A stretch of DNA of 64,000 nucleotides. It comes from Trichormus sp. ATA11-4-KO1 (lineage in GTDB: Bacteria > Cyanobacteriota > Cyanobacteriia > Cyanobacteriales > Nostocaceae). The notes beneath the pieces were generated by a model. That model was given only the letters and a program-made list of their open reading frames with translations. It was not told the DNA's origin and made no database searches. Made by a program: the position numbers and the translations under genes. Each line of letters opens with the position of its first letter. Within the stretch, counting starts at the first letter, position 1. This document shows, piece after piece, positions 41,336 through 51,392 of the stretch. The stretch covers positions 32,001 through 96,000 of the forward strand of contig JAHHIM010000001.1 in assembly GCA_019358915.1 (NCBI GenBank), in the 5' to 3' direction.

Positions 41336-43069
41336 TCACGCCACAACTGCGACAACACGAAAACCAACATAGTAGGGAGAATTCGCGCACGCGTACTTAA
41401 CGCGAAAGGGAGAACGGCAATACCTAGCACCGTTGACCCAACTACCACCACGCAGCACATTTATGTTCTTTTCTTTACCGTTTAGCCACGCACTACCATC
41501 TGTCGGCGCGCCTTGGTAATTTTCGTTATAAACATCTTGACACCATTGCCATACATTTCCGTGGATATCGTATAATCCGAAAGAGTTCGGCGGAAATTTT
41601 CCTACATCTGTCGTCTGTTGACGATATTCACCTTTAGGTGCAGAACCATAGGGAAAGTTGCCATCATAGTTAACTAAATCTGTGTTTATAGTTTCCCCAA
41701 AATAAAACGGCGTATTTGTCCCCGCACGACAAGCATATTCCCATTCTGCCTCGCTAGGTAGTCTGTAGGTTTTTCCTGTCTTCTGACTCAATTTCTCACA
41801 AAACTCTACTGCATCATCCCAACTCACTTGTTCTACAGGTCGTCTATTACCTTTGAAATGAGCCGGATTTGTCCCCATAACTGCTTGCCATTGTTCTTGG
41901 ATGACTGCATACCTACCCATGAAGAAGCCGGGAACTCTCACCTGACGCTGGGGACTTTCATTATCAAATCGTCCCGCTTCTTCTTCTGGTGAACCCATTG
42001 TAAATGTTCCCCCTGGTATCTGCACCATTTCCAAGGTGACTCCATTTCCTAAGTCTTCTACAAAATATTTCGCTTCCCTGTTCTGACGCTTGATGATTTG
42101 ACCTTGTGCATTTACCTTTACTGTTTCAAATTGAAAGGTTTGCAAATAAGTTGAGAAAAAAGTAGATGGAGTAACGGGATTTAATATTGTTGGTACTATC
42201 GGTGGTTTTAGTATGGTTGGTGGTATTTGTGGTTGCTGTTGTGGCTGTATCGCTGTAATTGCTTGCAACGCCTCCACTGCGGAAGGGTATCTATCCCGAA
42301 AGTCATAACTCACCATCTTATTTAACACAAGAGCCAACTTTTCCGTCACATTTGCCCTGTTACGCCAAATTACCTCATCGTTTTTGGGGTCTGTTGGTAG
42401 TTCGTGGGGTTGTAATCCTGTTAATGCTTGAATTGCTAACATCCCCACTGCATATACATCACTGGATAATTTTGGTCTTCCTATTGCTTGTTCACTAGGC
42501 ATATAACCAAGACTGCCAATGGCTACACTCAGACTTGTTTGACCTTGGCTATTCACCGTCATGGCTTCAACTTCTTTGACTGCACCAAAGTCAATCAGAA
42601 CTATCTTACCGTCTTGCCGACGACGCATGATATTTTGGGGCTTGATGTCGCGGTGAATAATATTATTTTTGTGGACTACTGCTAATACTTTTAATATTTC
42701 TTGTAATAGTTTGATGACTGCTATTTCTGTTAACTTTTCACCGGGAACGATTTCATAGCTTAAGTCTTCCCCATCTACAAATTCTTGGACTAGATAAAAT
42801 TGTCCCTGTTCTTCAAAGTGGGCGAATAGTCGCGGTATTTGGTCGCTATCGTTGCCTAATTTGTATAATACTTGCGCTTCGCTGTCAAATAATCTTCTAA
42901 CTATTTCTAATACTTTGGGGTCTGGGTTGGGTTTGAGGTGTTTGACTACACGCAGGGGTTTATCTGGTAAATCTAGGTCTTGCGCTAGATATGTGTCTCC
43001 AAATCCCCCACTTCCCAGGATTTTGATGATTTTATAGTGGCTGCGGAGGATTGTACCAGTCGTAGGCAT
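41336..43069 (-). CDS. Ser/Thr protein kinase with C-terminal FGE-sulfatase (CLec-fold) domain
   Basis: GSGGFG, HRDIKPQN, DFG; then IPGGTFTMGS, RLPSEAEWEYACRAG, GLYDIHGNVW, RGGSW...GFRV. Confidence 0.95.
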   Translation of the reverse strand: MPTTGTILRSHYKIIKILGSGGFGDTYLAQDLDLPDKPLRVVKHLKPNPDPKVLEIVRRLFDSEAQVLYKLGNDSDQIPRLFAHFEEQGQFYLVQEFVDGEDLSYEIVPGEKLTEIAVIKLLQEILKVLAVVHKNNIIHRDIKPQNIMRRRQDGKIVLIDFGAVKEVEAMTVNSQGQTSLSVAIGSLGYMPSEQAIGRPKLSSDVYAVGMLAIQALTGLQPHELPTDPKNDEVIWRNRANVTEKLALVLNKMVSYDFRDRYPSAVEALQAITAIQPQQQPQIPPTILKPPIVPTILNPVTPSTFFSTYLQTFQFETVKVNAQGQIIKRQNREAKYFVEDLGNGVTLEMVQIPGGTFTMGSPEEEAGRFDNESPQRQVRVPGFFMGRYAVIQEQWQAVMGTNPAHFKGNRRPVEQVSWDDAVEFCEKLSQKTGKTYRLPSEAEWEYACRAGTNTPFYFGETINTDLVNYDGNFPYGSAPKGEYRQQTTDVGKFPPNSFGLYDIHGNVWQWCQDVYNENYQGAPTDGSAWLNGKEKNINVLRGGSWVNGARYCRSPFRVKYACANSPYYVGFRVVAVVA

Positions 43070-43371
43070 GATTTTTGACTTGGCAATGGGGAATTTAGCT
43101 TTATTCTGCCAAATTTTTTAGTCGTACAGCAAGTGTTTTTACTTATGTAAGTAAGTTGCTAATAAAAAATTCAATATAGGATTACTATTTGATTTTTTTT
43201 GGCGTAGCCTGCGCTTTGTGCTTACGGACACGTAGGGGAGGCTGTTTGCTGTGTGGATGTTCCTCCCGCAAAACTGCCGTTTAAAATAAGTTAATAAGCA
43301 GAAATTCACTTGCACTGGTGATTAGCAGTGGTATCATTCGGTTATTACAAAAAGTAAAGGGCAATTTTACT

Positions 43372-44970
43372 ATGACCAAAGCACCTGTTGCTCCTGTGGT
43401 GCTAGTCATTTTAGACGGGTGGGGCTATTGCGAGGAGACGCGAGGAAACGCTATTGTCGCTGCTAAAACTCCAATCATGGAAAGCTTATGGACAGCTTAC
43501 CCACACACCCTCATTAGCACATCAGGAAAAGCCGTAGGGTTGCCAGAGGGTCAGATGGGCAACTCGGAAGTTGGTCATTTGAACATTGGCGCAGGGCGAG
43601 TAGTACCCCAAGAATTGGTACGCATCTCAGATGCGGTCGAAGATAATTCGATCCTCAGCAACCCAGCACTTGTCAAAATTTGCCAAAAAGTTCACTCTCA
43701 AAATGGCAAGCTGCATTTAGTTGGGCTTTGTTCTGAGGGAGGGGTACACTCCCACATTACACATCTATTCGGACTACTTGATTTAGCCAAGGAACAGCAA
43801 ATTTCCCAAGTTTGTATCCACGCCATCACCGATGGTCGTGATACAGCACCTTCGGAAGGTATAAAAGCAATTCAGCTCTTGCAGGATTACATAGATAGTA
43901 CAGGGATTGGGCGCATAGTTACCCTCAGTGGTCGTTACTACGCAATGGATCGCGATCACCGTTGGGATCGGGTAAAAAAAGCCTACGACGTGATGACACA
44001 AAATGGCGCGGGTGACGGTCGTAATGCTGTTGAAGTCCTGGAAGCATCTTATGCTGAAGGTGTGAAGGACGAGTTTGTGATTCCAGTCCGAATTGCCCCC
44101 GGTGCGATAGAACCAGGGGATGGGGTGATATTCTTCAACTTCCGCCCTGATCGCGCCAGACAGTTGACTCAAGCTTTTATGAGTCCCGAATTTACAGGGT
44201 TTGAAAGACAACAAATTCAGCCTCTGTCCTTTGCTACTTTTACTCAATACGATCCAGACCTACCAGTAGCCGTAGCTTTTGAGCCGCAGAATCTGAGTAA
44301 TATTTTGGGTGAAGTAATTGCCAATAATGGTTTGAAACAGTTTCGCACCGCCGAAACAGAAAAATACGCCCATGTCACCTATTTCTTTAATGGGGGACTA
44401 GAGGAACCTTTTGCTGGGGAAGACCGAGAACTTGTTAGCAGTCCCATGGTAGCGACTTACGACAAGGCCCCGGCAATGTCAGCAGAAGCAGTCACAAATG
44501 TAGCGATCGCCGCGATTCAAAAAGGTCTCTACTCGTTAGTGGTGATTAATTATGCCAATCCAGACATGGTAGGGCATACTGGTAAAATAGAAGCCACAAT
44601 TACGGGTATTGAAACAGTTGATGATTGTTTAGGTCGTCTACTCGCCAGCATTAGCAAAGCTGGAGGCACGGCAATTATTACTGCCGACCACGGGAACGCA
44701 GAGTATATGCTAGATGATGAAGGTAATCCCTGGACAGCTCACACCACCAACCCAGTCCCGTTGATTCTAGTTGAGGGAGAAAAAGTAAAAATCCCCGGAT
44801 ATGGCGCCAATGTCGAACTGCGAAGCGATGGCAAGTTAGCTGATATTGCCCCCACAATTCTGGAAATTTTACAGTTACCCCAACCATCAGAAATGACTGG
44901 GCGATCGCTCCTAAAACCAGCAGAATATGATGTGCAACGCACACGCACTCCCGTGCAAGCTGGTATGTAA
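43372..44970 (+). CDS. gpmI: 2,3-bisphosphoglycerate-independent phosphoglycerate mutase
   Basis: ILDGWG, GQMGNSEVGH, GRYYAMDRD, NPDMVGHTG, TADHGNAE. Confidence 0.98.
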   Translation: MTKAPVAPVVLVILDGWGYCEETRGNAIVAAKTPIMESLWTAYPHTLISTSGKAVGLPEGQMGNSEVGHLNIGAGRVVPQELVRISDAVEDNSILSNPALVKICQKVHSQNGKLHLVGLCSEGGVHSHITHLFGLLDLAKEQQISQVCIHAITDGRDTAPSEGIKAIQLLQDYIDSTGIGRIVTLSGRYYAMDRDHRWDRVKKAYDVMTQNGAGDGRNAVEVLEASYAEGVKDEFVIPVRIAPGAIEPGDGVIFFNFRPDRARQLTQAFMSPEFTGFERQQIQPLSFATFTQYDPDLPVAVAFEPQNLSNILGEVIANNGLKQFRTAETEKYAHVTYFFNGGLEEPFAGEDRELVSSPMVATYDKAPAMSAEAVTNVAIAAIQKGLYSLVVINYANPDMVGHTGKIEATITGIETVDDCLGRLLASISKAGGTAIITADHGNAEYMLDDEGNPWTAHTTNPVPLILVEGEKVKIPGYGANVELRSDGKLADIAPTILEILQLPQPSEMTGRSLLKPAEYDVQRTRTPVQAGM

Positions 44971-44973
44971 AAA

Positions 44974-45006
44974 AGTTAGGAGTGAAGATTTTTCTCACTC
45001 CTAACT
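44974..45006. terminator. 12-bp hairpin between gpmI and secG
   Basis: AGTTAGGAGTGA...TCACTCCTAACT. Confidence 0.55.
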
Positions 45007-45050
45007 CCTGATTTTTCAATTTGAAACTTGTGATAAATGAGATTGCTACC

Positions 45051-45284
45051 ATGACAGTTACTAATATCGTGCAAAGCGTTTGGGCACTTTCTGCCATAGG
45101 TTTAATTATTTTGGTACTCCTACATAGCCCCAAAGGCGATGGTATTGGAGCCATTGGCGGACAAGCCCAGTTATTTAGCAGCACCAAGAGTGCAGAAGAC
45201 ACCTTAAACCGAGTTACCTGGGCGCTGACAGTTATTTTTATGGGTTTAACAGTGGTTTTGAGTGCCGGCTGGCTACCCAAATAA
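45051..45284 (+). CDS. secG: Preprotein translocase subunit SecG
   Basis: LVLLHSPKGDG...LF...LNRVT; follows gpmI. Confidence 0.93.
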   Translation: MTVTNIVQSVWALSAIGLIILVLLHSPKGDGIGAIGGQAQLFSSTKSAEDTLNRVTWALTVIFMGLTVVLSAGWLPK

Positions 45285-45349
45285 GCATAGGGGAAGAGGA
45301 AATGGGCCACAAAATCCACTACCCAAAACCTAAAACCCGCAAAAATTTC

Positions 45350-46066
45350 ATGACAAAACACTTACTAGCAGCTCTTGCCTTAGTTATGGGCACAGGGCTG
45401 TTAGTTATTTTTACTAACCTGCCATCTAGTGCTGTACGAGAAAATATCCAAAAATCTCATCCCCTACCACCCACACTGGCGCAGTGGCAAGATAACTTCA
45501 ACAATGACGATTACCTTGCTCAAGTTGCAACTACTCAAGTAGGTTATTTAATCTGGTCGCAATTTCCGATTCAAGTTTACGTTGAGTTACCGAAAGCAGT
45601 GAGTGATACACAAGCTCAAGCATGGGTTAATGGTGTATTGCAGGCTGTAGAAGAATGGAATGCCTATTTGCCTTTAAAAGTAATCGCACAGCCCGATATT
45701 GCTGATATTACCATTGTGCGAAAAGCGCCACCCCTCCAAATTCCACGTGGTGGTCATATTCCTCGTGCGCGTTCGGCAGAAACTCGCTATGAATTATACA
45801 CCAGGAATAACATTTTATCCCACCGCTTTACCATCCTCTTGAGTCCCAGCCAAACAGGTGTGTATTTGCAAGCAGCCGCCCGCCATGAACTAGGTCACGC
45901 TTTGGGTATTTGGGGTCATAGTTCGTTACAAACAGATGCTTTATACTTTTCTCAAGTTCGCAACCCGCCGCCTATTTCTCCCAGAGATGTCAATACTCTT
46001 AAGCGGGTTTATGAACAACCAACTAGTTTAGGATGGCCATTGAAAGGGAGCATCCCAAATGTTTGA
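45350..46066 (+). CDS. Zinc metallopeptidase (matrixin/M10-like)
   Basis: Signal peptide and HELGHALGIWGHS motif. Confidence 0.85.
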   Translation: MTKHLLAALALVMGTGLLVIFTNLPSSAVRENIQKSHPLPPTLAQWQDNFNNDDYLAQVATTQVGYLIWSQFPIQVYVELPKAVSDTQAQAWVNGVLQAVEEWNAYLPLKVIAQPDIADITIVRKAPPLQIPRGGHIPRARSAETRYELYTRNNILSHRFTILLSPSQTGVYLQAAARHELGHALGIWGHSSLQTDALYFSQVRNPPPISPRDVNTLKRVYEQPTSLGWPLKGSIPNV

Positions 46067-46145
46067 TTTTATTTTTCAACTCAAAGGAGCGCAGAGGTTT
46101 AACGAGAGCTTTGTGTTTCGTGTTTGAAAAAATTGGGATGCTCCC
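46046..46145. mobile_element. 100-bp MITE with 13-bp TIRs and 8-bp target duplication
   Basis: GGGAGCATCCCAA (46046-46058) / TTGGGATGCTCCC (46133-46145), flanked by CATTGAAA at 46038-46045 and 46146-46153. Confidence 0.9.
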
Positions 46146-46256
46146 CATTGAAAAGTGCTGAGTGCTGAGTAAAAAATATTAGTCCCTAGTCCCTTTTTCC
46201 TCCGTTGCTTGTGTACGCAAATAAATCTTGCAGATATTTGGTGTTAAATTACCAAA

Positions 46257-47180
46257 ATGAAGAAGCAAATTTTTCGCTGGTTAATTTTGGGTGGGACGCT
46301 ATTTTTTTTAGGTAAAGCTCTGAAGGATCACTGGTCTGAAGTAATAGCTATCCAAATTGATGCAGTAGGATGGGCAATTTTAGCGATCGCTACAGGTGTC
46401 ACTTTACTGGCACATACTTGGGGAGGGTGGATCTGGACTTGGATTCTCCACGAATTAAATCAACCTGTGCCAGTTTCCCGGTTTATTCAAGTTTACTTAA
46501 AAACCAACATTGCCAAATACTTACCTGGTAATTTCTGGCATCACTATGGGCGAATTGTCGCAGCGAAAAATGCCAATATTTCTGCTGGTGCAGCTACCTT
46601 AAGTGTGTTGCTAGAACCACTACTAATGGCAACCTCTGCTTTAATTATCATTGTCGTATTCAGCAACCAATTTACAGTTACACCTACCACCCTGGGACTG
46701 CAAATATTGCAATTTTTGAGTTTGGCTGTGGTACTTTGTGCAGTGCATCCCCGGTTTTTGAACCCAGCGATTCGCTTTGTTTACAAATTAAAGGCGAAAA
46801 AGTCTGCTAATAATACTCAACCTATTGTGGCTTTCAATATTAAACGCTATCCTCTACGACCTTTATTAGGAGAGTTGGGCTTTTTGGTATTACGTGGTAC
46901 AGGGTTTATATTAACTGTATTTGCCCTAGTTCCCTTGACTACGAATCAAATTCCTTTATTATTAGGGGCTTTTAGCTGTGCTTGGTTATTAGGACTTGTG
47001 GTTCCAGGTGCGCCTGGTGGTTTGGGTGTGTTTGAAGTAACTGCGATCGCACTTTTGCAACACCGCTTTCCGCCTGCTGTAGTTATTAGTGCAATTACCA
47101 TTTATCGTCTGATTAGTATTGTTGCGGAAACATCTGGTGCTACCTTAGCCTGGCTTGATGAACGCCTTGCTAATTCTTGA
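46257..47180 (+). CDS. Lysylphosphatidylglycerol synthase TM-like (UPF0104) membrane protein
   Basis: KYLPG, PGGLGVFE and YRL motifs; multi-TM. Confidence 0.85.
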   Translation: MKKQIFRWLILGGTLFFLGKALKDHWSEVIAIQIDAVGWAILAIATGVTLLAHTWGGWIWTWILHELNQPVPVSRFIQVYLKTNIAKYLPGNFWHHYGRIVAAKNANISAGAATLSVLLEPLLMATSALIIIVVFSNQFTVTPTTLGLQILQFLSLAVVLCAVHPRFLNPAIRFVYKLKAKKSANNTQPIVAFNIKRYPLRPLLGELGFLVLRGTGFILTVFALVPLTTNQIPLLLGAFSCAWLLGLVVPGAPGGLGVFEVTAIALLQHRFPPAVVISAITIYRLISIVAETSGATLAWLDERLANS

Positions 47181-47187
47181 ATTTTAC

Positions 47188-48516
47188 TTATCTTTTTTGT
47201 GTATCTTCTCTCAACTGAGAAAACACACGGTAAGCCTCAAAATTTGATTGAGAATTGGATATTTGCTCATCTTCTGACATCTTAATCAAGTTATATTCAA
47301 TGTTTTCTGCATAAATCGCAAATATAATATTAAAAATTTCTATAAAGTTAATTACCCATTTGCAATCTTCCTCTGAATAATTTTCGTAGTAACTAATTAA
47401 ATTAGCAATACGAATTTCTAAATGACTGCGGGCATTCTTGCAAATCAGAATAATTTTTAGTAGTATAATTACCAATGTTAGAGGATGACCTTGAGAAACT
47501 AACAAAACGAATAACGGCGAAGGTTCTTGACTATTTTCTGTAGTTAAACAATCAATAATTCGGTTACAACTTCTCAGTAATAAATTCTTGTTTATCGTCT
47601 CTTCATCTTGTTCAACCTTCCAGGAGGATAGGTTATCTGTCAACTGTTGCTGCAACATTTCTACTAATTCCTGGTTTTGAAGAGAAAAAAATAAATATTT
47701 GATTATACCTTCCTTAAAAACTTTCAAGGTTTGATTTTGAGTTTGCTTAATAAAAATGTTTGCCAAATTTTCATAACTAAATTTCCCCTTCTTGACAACA
47801 ATCATCTTGATTAAACGCAAAACATTATCTCCCAAAATACTGGGATTTTTGTAGCGTGTTGTACATGAGGCGGCAGACTGAGAACGAGCAATATACATCG
47901 CTAATTCAAACTTATATTTGTCCTTCATCTGTTGGGACAGTATTCTCGCAGCCTCTTGTTGCTCTGTGGGATTATTGATATCAAAAGACTGTGCAACTAA
48001 TAAATATGAAGTATAGCGGTTAATCCAATGATCTTGATTTTTTACTTCATATTTACAAGCAAATAATTTAAGTTTTTCATAGTCATGACTATTGATAAAT
48101 TTCTTTAACCAGTTTTGGTAAATATCTAATTGTTCACAATTATTTGTTTCTGCTTGGGGAGAATATTTAGTAAATAAGTTAATTAATTCTTGGATATACT
48201 TGTATTTTCGTTTAGATGCCCAGTTATTAACTAGAATGTAGCAACAACGTTTGAGTGTGTTGCGAAACTCATATTCGTTATTGACACAATTAATTATATT
48301 AATTGCTGGAATATTATCCCAGCTACTTGAATCCAAACAATCTATAAACAACCGTTTAAATTCCCGCAAAACATCTTCTGGCTTCCATTCGTTGACAATT
48401 TCCACCAAGAAGCTGTAAATTAGCTCCTCTTGTCTAATTGGCAAATTTAGCTGTTGAGAGTTGGATTTAACAATATCTTCATGTTTTGGGCTATTGGGTA
48501 AACTTTTAGCGGTCAT
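47188..48516 (-). CDS. Conserved cyanobacterial hypothetical protein
   Basis: Long AT-rich ORF (LKRCCYILVNNW, NP.EQQEAAR); start uncertain (48588 or 48516). Confidence 0.75.
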   Translation of the reverse strand: MTAKSLPNSPKHEDIVKSNSQQLNLPIRQEELIYSFLVEIVNEWKPEDVLREFKRLFIDCLDSSSWDNIPAINIINCVNNEYEFRNTLKRCCYILVNNWASKRKYKYIQELINLFTKYSPQAETNNCEQLDIYQNWLKKFINSHDYEKLKLFACKYEVKNQDHWINRYTSYLLVAQSFDINNPTEQQEAARILSQQMKDKYKFELAMYIARSQSAASCTTRYKNPSILGDNVLRLIKMIVVKKGKFSYENLANIFIKQTQNQTLKVFKEGIIKYLFFSLQNQELVEMLQQQLTDNLSSWKVEQDEETINKNLLLRSCNRIIDCLTTENSQEPSPLFVLLVSQGHPLTLVIILLKIILICKNARSHLEIRIANLISYYENYSEEDCKWVINFIEIFNIIFAIYAENIEYNLIKMSEDEQISNSQSNFEAYRVFSQLREDTQKR

Positions 48517-48951
48517 GCTAGTTCTCAAGACCAATAATTTTTCTGATCCTTTTGGTATCAGTTTACCCTTAGTGAATAACAGTATCAATCACTGTATTCA
48601 AAGTTTTAGTAATGTTTCTCAGGGAATTTGATAAATTTACGGAGAACTTAATTAAATATTAAATTTTAACTAAAAAACTCAGAAAAATTACTGAGACTTA
48701 AATTTGGTAAAAAGGCATAGTTACCATCTGGGCATCGGATAACTCTTAAGTGTTGATGCACGCGATCGCACTAGCAAGGAATCACAGTTAGTCCCTGACA
48801 AAATGCCTCTAGTGCCGCTTGCTTGTTAAACGCTGCTAGTTGCAGAGGTTGTTCAGGCGATCGCCAAGATACTCATCTGTCACGCATGAAAAACAAGTAG
48901 TTACTGTACAGGTATGTAACTAAGCAGGTTAATTTAAGTTGGAATTTTTAG

Positions 48952-49309
48952 TGGGGGTGGAGGGACTTGAACCCTCACGACCTTTTACGGTCAACGGATT
49001 TTCATTCTCCCGCAGCTTTCACTACTGCCCGGTTTTAGCAACCTGAGGCTTTGAGAATTGGACTCTCTCTTTACCCTCGACTTAACGTTAGGGTAGCTCC
49101 CGTCGAGTCTCTGCACCTTCCGATTAGTTACAAGTTACGAGTTACAACTTTTTCACTCACCACTCAGCACTTTCTCCGGCTTGGCTCAGGATTGCCTTGT
49201 CTGTTACCAGATTTAGGTTTCCCTGAGTTTGAGAGCTTCCACTTGAAAGATTTCTCTATCAAGGCTCAGTTTTCTAAGTCCGTAGCGTCTACCATTCCGC
49301 CACACCCCC
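48952..49309 (-). tRNA. trnL: tRNA-Leu(UAA) interrupted by a group I intron
   Basis: 5' exon GGGGGTGTGGCGGAATGGTAGACGCTACGGACTT (49309-49276); 3' exon AAAATCCGTTGACC...GGTTCAAGTCCCTCCACCCCCA (49002-48952). Confidence 0.97.
49003..49275 (-). ncRNA. Self-splicing group I intron in the trnL anticodon
   Basis: Conserved CTCTCAAACTCAGGGAAACCT, GGCAATCCTGAGCCAA, GGTGCAGAGACTCGA, GAGAGAGTCC and terminal GAGAATG; heptamer repeats in P6b. Confidence 0.96.
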
Positions 49310-49658
49310 TAATAATATAGATGGGAGCCACTTATTTTGTGGAGGTAGCAAATACCTCCTCATCTATTCCAGCATCAAGTGCGTCTTTTGTGCAACTAGA
49401 TTGAAAAAAATTTTTCCAGAGTTTGGAAGTTGCTTTTGTTTCTTCTGAATTAGTCTGGAACAATATCTTCAATTTTGCTTGACTAAAGCATTTCTTGGTT
49501 ACTGGCTTTGCCATTGTAGCATCTATATAGGCATATACAAGAAATTTTTGCACAATTCCTTAAAAGCACAATGGCTATACTTTCCTCAGCTTAGGGGTTC
49601 AGCCTATGATGGGAATATAGATGCACTCAATGCTCTTGTCTACTTCAAGAAAGAATCT

Positions 49659-49871
49659 ATGATTGTCGCCCTGCTGTATCTGGTTTTGGCTGGAGCTTAC
49701 CTGTTAGCAATCCCTGTTGCTATCATGCTGTACATGAAGCAGCGCTGGTACGTAGCTAGCTCTATCGAGCGGACTGTAATGTATTTTCTGGTGTTTTTAT
49801 TCTTGCCAGGGTTGTTGGTTTTATCACCATTTGTAAATCTTCGACCTCGGCCGCGCAAAATTGAAGTTTAA
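49659..49871 (+). CDS. ndhL: NAD(P)H-quinone oxidoreductase subunit L
   Basis: [22 protein letters not shown]...LSPF.N.RP; ndhL-DUF3007-trpA order. Confidence 0.92.
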   Translation: MIVALLYLVLAGAYLLAIPVAIMLYMKQRWYVASSIERTVMYFLVFLFLPGLLVLSPFVNLRPRPRKIEV

Positions 49872-49895
49872 CGAGATTGGTAGGTCATAATTCTC

Positions 49896-50207
49896 ATGCG
49901 ACGCATTGACGCTATTGGCATTGGTTTAGGTGTTTTTATTGCTGGCGGCTTGGCATATGTGGGATTACAGCTAATCGGTTTAGATGGTCAACAAGCTGGT
50001 ATCTGGAGCCAAGTCTTGCTAGTCAGTGGCTTGATTGGCTGGCTAGCCACCTATATATTCCGCGCGGTGGGAAATAAAATGACCTACCATGAACAACGGG
50101 AACAGTATGAACAAGCCTTTCTGCAAAAACGGCTAGATGAACTTACTCCCGAAGAACTAGCAAAAATTCAAGCGGAAATAGAACAAGAAGAACAAACTCA
50201 GGTGTAA
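49896..50207 (+). CDS. DUF3007 family membrane protein
   Basis: MRRID, two TMs, MTY..Q...YE, LQKRL.ELTPEEL. Confidence 0.85.
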   Translation: MRRIDAIGIGLGVFIAGGLAYVGLQLIGLDGQQAGIWSQVLLVSGLIGWLATYIFRAVGNKMTYHEQREQYEQAFLQKRLDELTPEELAKIQAEIEQEEQTQV

Positions 50208-50326
50208 AGTGAACATTGGTTAGTTGTCTATTGTTTGTTAACTGACCATGCCAATTTGAGATTTTAGACTGTAAGGAAAATCTCAAATCCCTAACTGATT
50301 GACCACTGAGTAATAATTCTTGACTA

Positions 50327-51160
50327 ATGACCGCGATTTCTGATTGCTTTGAAACCTTGGGGCGAAATCGAGAGTGCGCTCTGATTCCGTTTATTACTGC
50401 TGGTGATCCAGATTTAGCAACAACAGCAGCAGCTTTACAGACTTTAGATCGCCATGGAGCCGACATCATTGAACTTGGTGTTCCCTACTCCGATCCTCTA
50501 GCAGATGGGCCAGTGATTCAAGCTGCTGCTACCCGCGCCTTGCAACGAGGGACAAAATTAGAACAGGTGTTAGAAATGCTGCAAACTACTACTCCTAGTT
50601 TGCGATCGCCGATTATCTTGTTTACCTACTACAATCCCATTTTGCATCGCGGGATGGAAAAGTTTCTCCAACAAATAGCAGCTGCTGGGGTGGCGGGATT
50701 GGTAGTACCAGACTTACCTTTAGAGGAAGCCGCAGGCTTGCTGCAACCAGCGAGTGAAATCGGTATTGACTTAACTTTGTTGGTGGCTCCTACCAGTTCT
50801 GCCGAACGGATAGAAGCGATCGCTCGTTCCTCCCAAGGATTTATTTATTTGGTCAGTGTCACTGGTGTCACGGGGATGCGATCGCAAATGGAGTCACGAG
50901 TGTCAAATTTACTCCAACAAATTCGTAGTGTTACGGACAAGCCGATCGGAGTAGGCTTTGGCATCTCGGAAGCTGCACAAGCTCAGCAAGTTAGAGAATG
51001 GGGCGCAGATGCGGTGATCGTCGGCAGTGCCTTTGTTAAACGTCTAGCAGAAGGGACACCAGAGCAGGGACTAAATGCGATCGCTGAATTTTGTCAAAGT
51101 CTCAAGGCTGCCATTAAGACAACCGACAATAGTAAAAATACTCAACTTGATCCAGAATAA
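50327..51160 (+). CDS. trpA: Tryptophan synthase alpha chain
   Basis: [36 protein letters not shown]. Confidence 0.98.
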   Translation: MTAISDCFETLGRNRECALIPFITAGDPDLATTAAALQTLDRHGADIIELGVPYSDPLADGPVIQAAATRALQRGTKLEQVLEMLQTTTPSLRSPIILFTYYNPILHRGMEKFLQQIAAAGVAGLVVPDLPLEEAAGLLQPASEIGIDLTLLVAPTSSAERIEAIARSSQGFIYLVSVTGVTGMRSQMESRVSNLLQQIRSVTDKPIGVGFGISEAAQAQQVREWGADAVIVGSAFVKRLAEGTPEQGLNAIAEFCQSLKAAIKTTDNSKNTQLDPE

Positions 51161-51392
51161 GTAAAGTAGATTAAAAAAGATCACAGCGTCGTTTTTTTAC
51201 CCTGATTTTGTGGACATTTTAGCGGATATAGTCTTGAATATTAACAGCAGATAATAGGCTGTAAAAAAAACTAGCTAATTTGGTCGCTTATAGTTGAGTA
51301 TTATGTGACGTTGAGTAGGCGAAAAAAGATGAGTGTGAGAGTGAGTCAGTCACAAATGATAATAGTTGCGTCGCAGTTGAGGAGTGAAGGCG

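Noticed and set aside
41070..41460. Overlapping minus-strand ORFs at the kinase 3' end
   Set aside because: Alternative frames across the variable region and low-complexity trailer; no independent coding signal.
44678..45361. 227-aa minus-strand ORF and other antisense ORFs in the track
   Set aside because: Shadow ORFs opposite well-supported genes (gpmI, secG and others).
48898..48922. TAGTTAC-N11-GTAACTA palindrome as an NtcA site
   Set aside because: Spacing does not match GTA-N8-TAC and no regulator can be assigned.
47188..48951. Genomic island integrated at the tRNA-Leu 3' end
   Set aside because: No integrase and no duplicated tRNA 3' fragment found.
49051..49320. 89-aa plus-strand ORF
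   Set aside because: Antisense to the tRNA-Leu group I intron; the intron is too short for a homing endonuclease.
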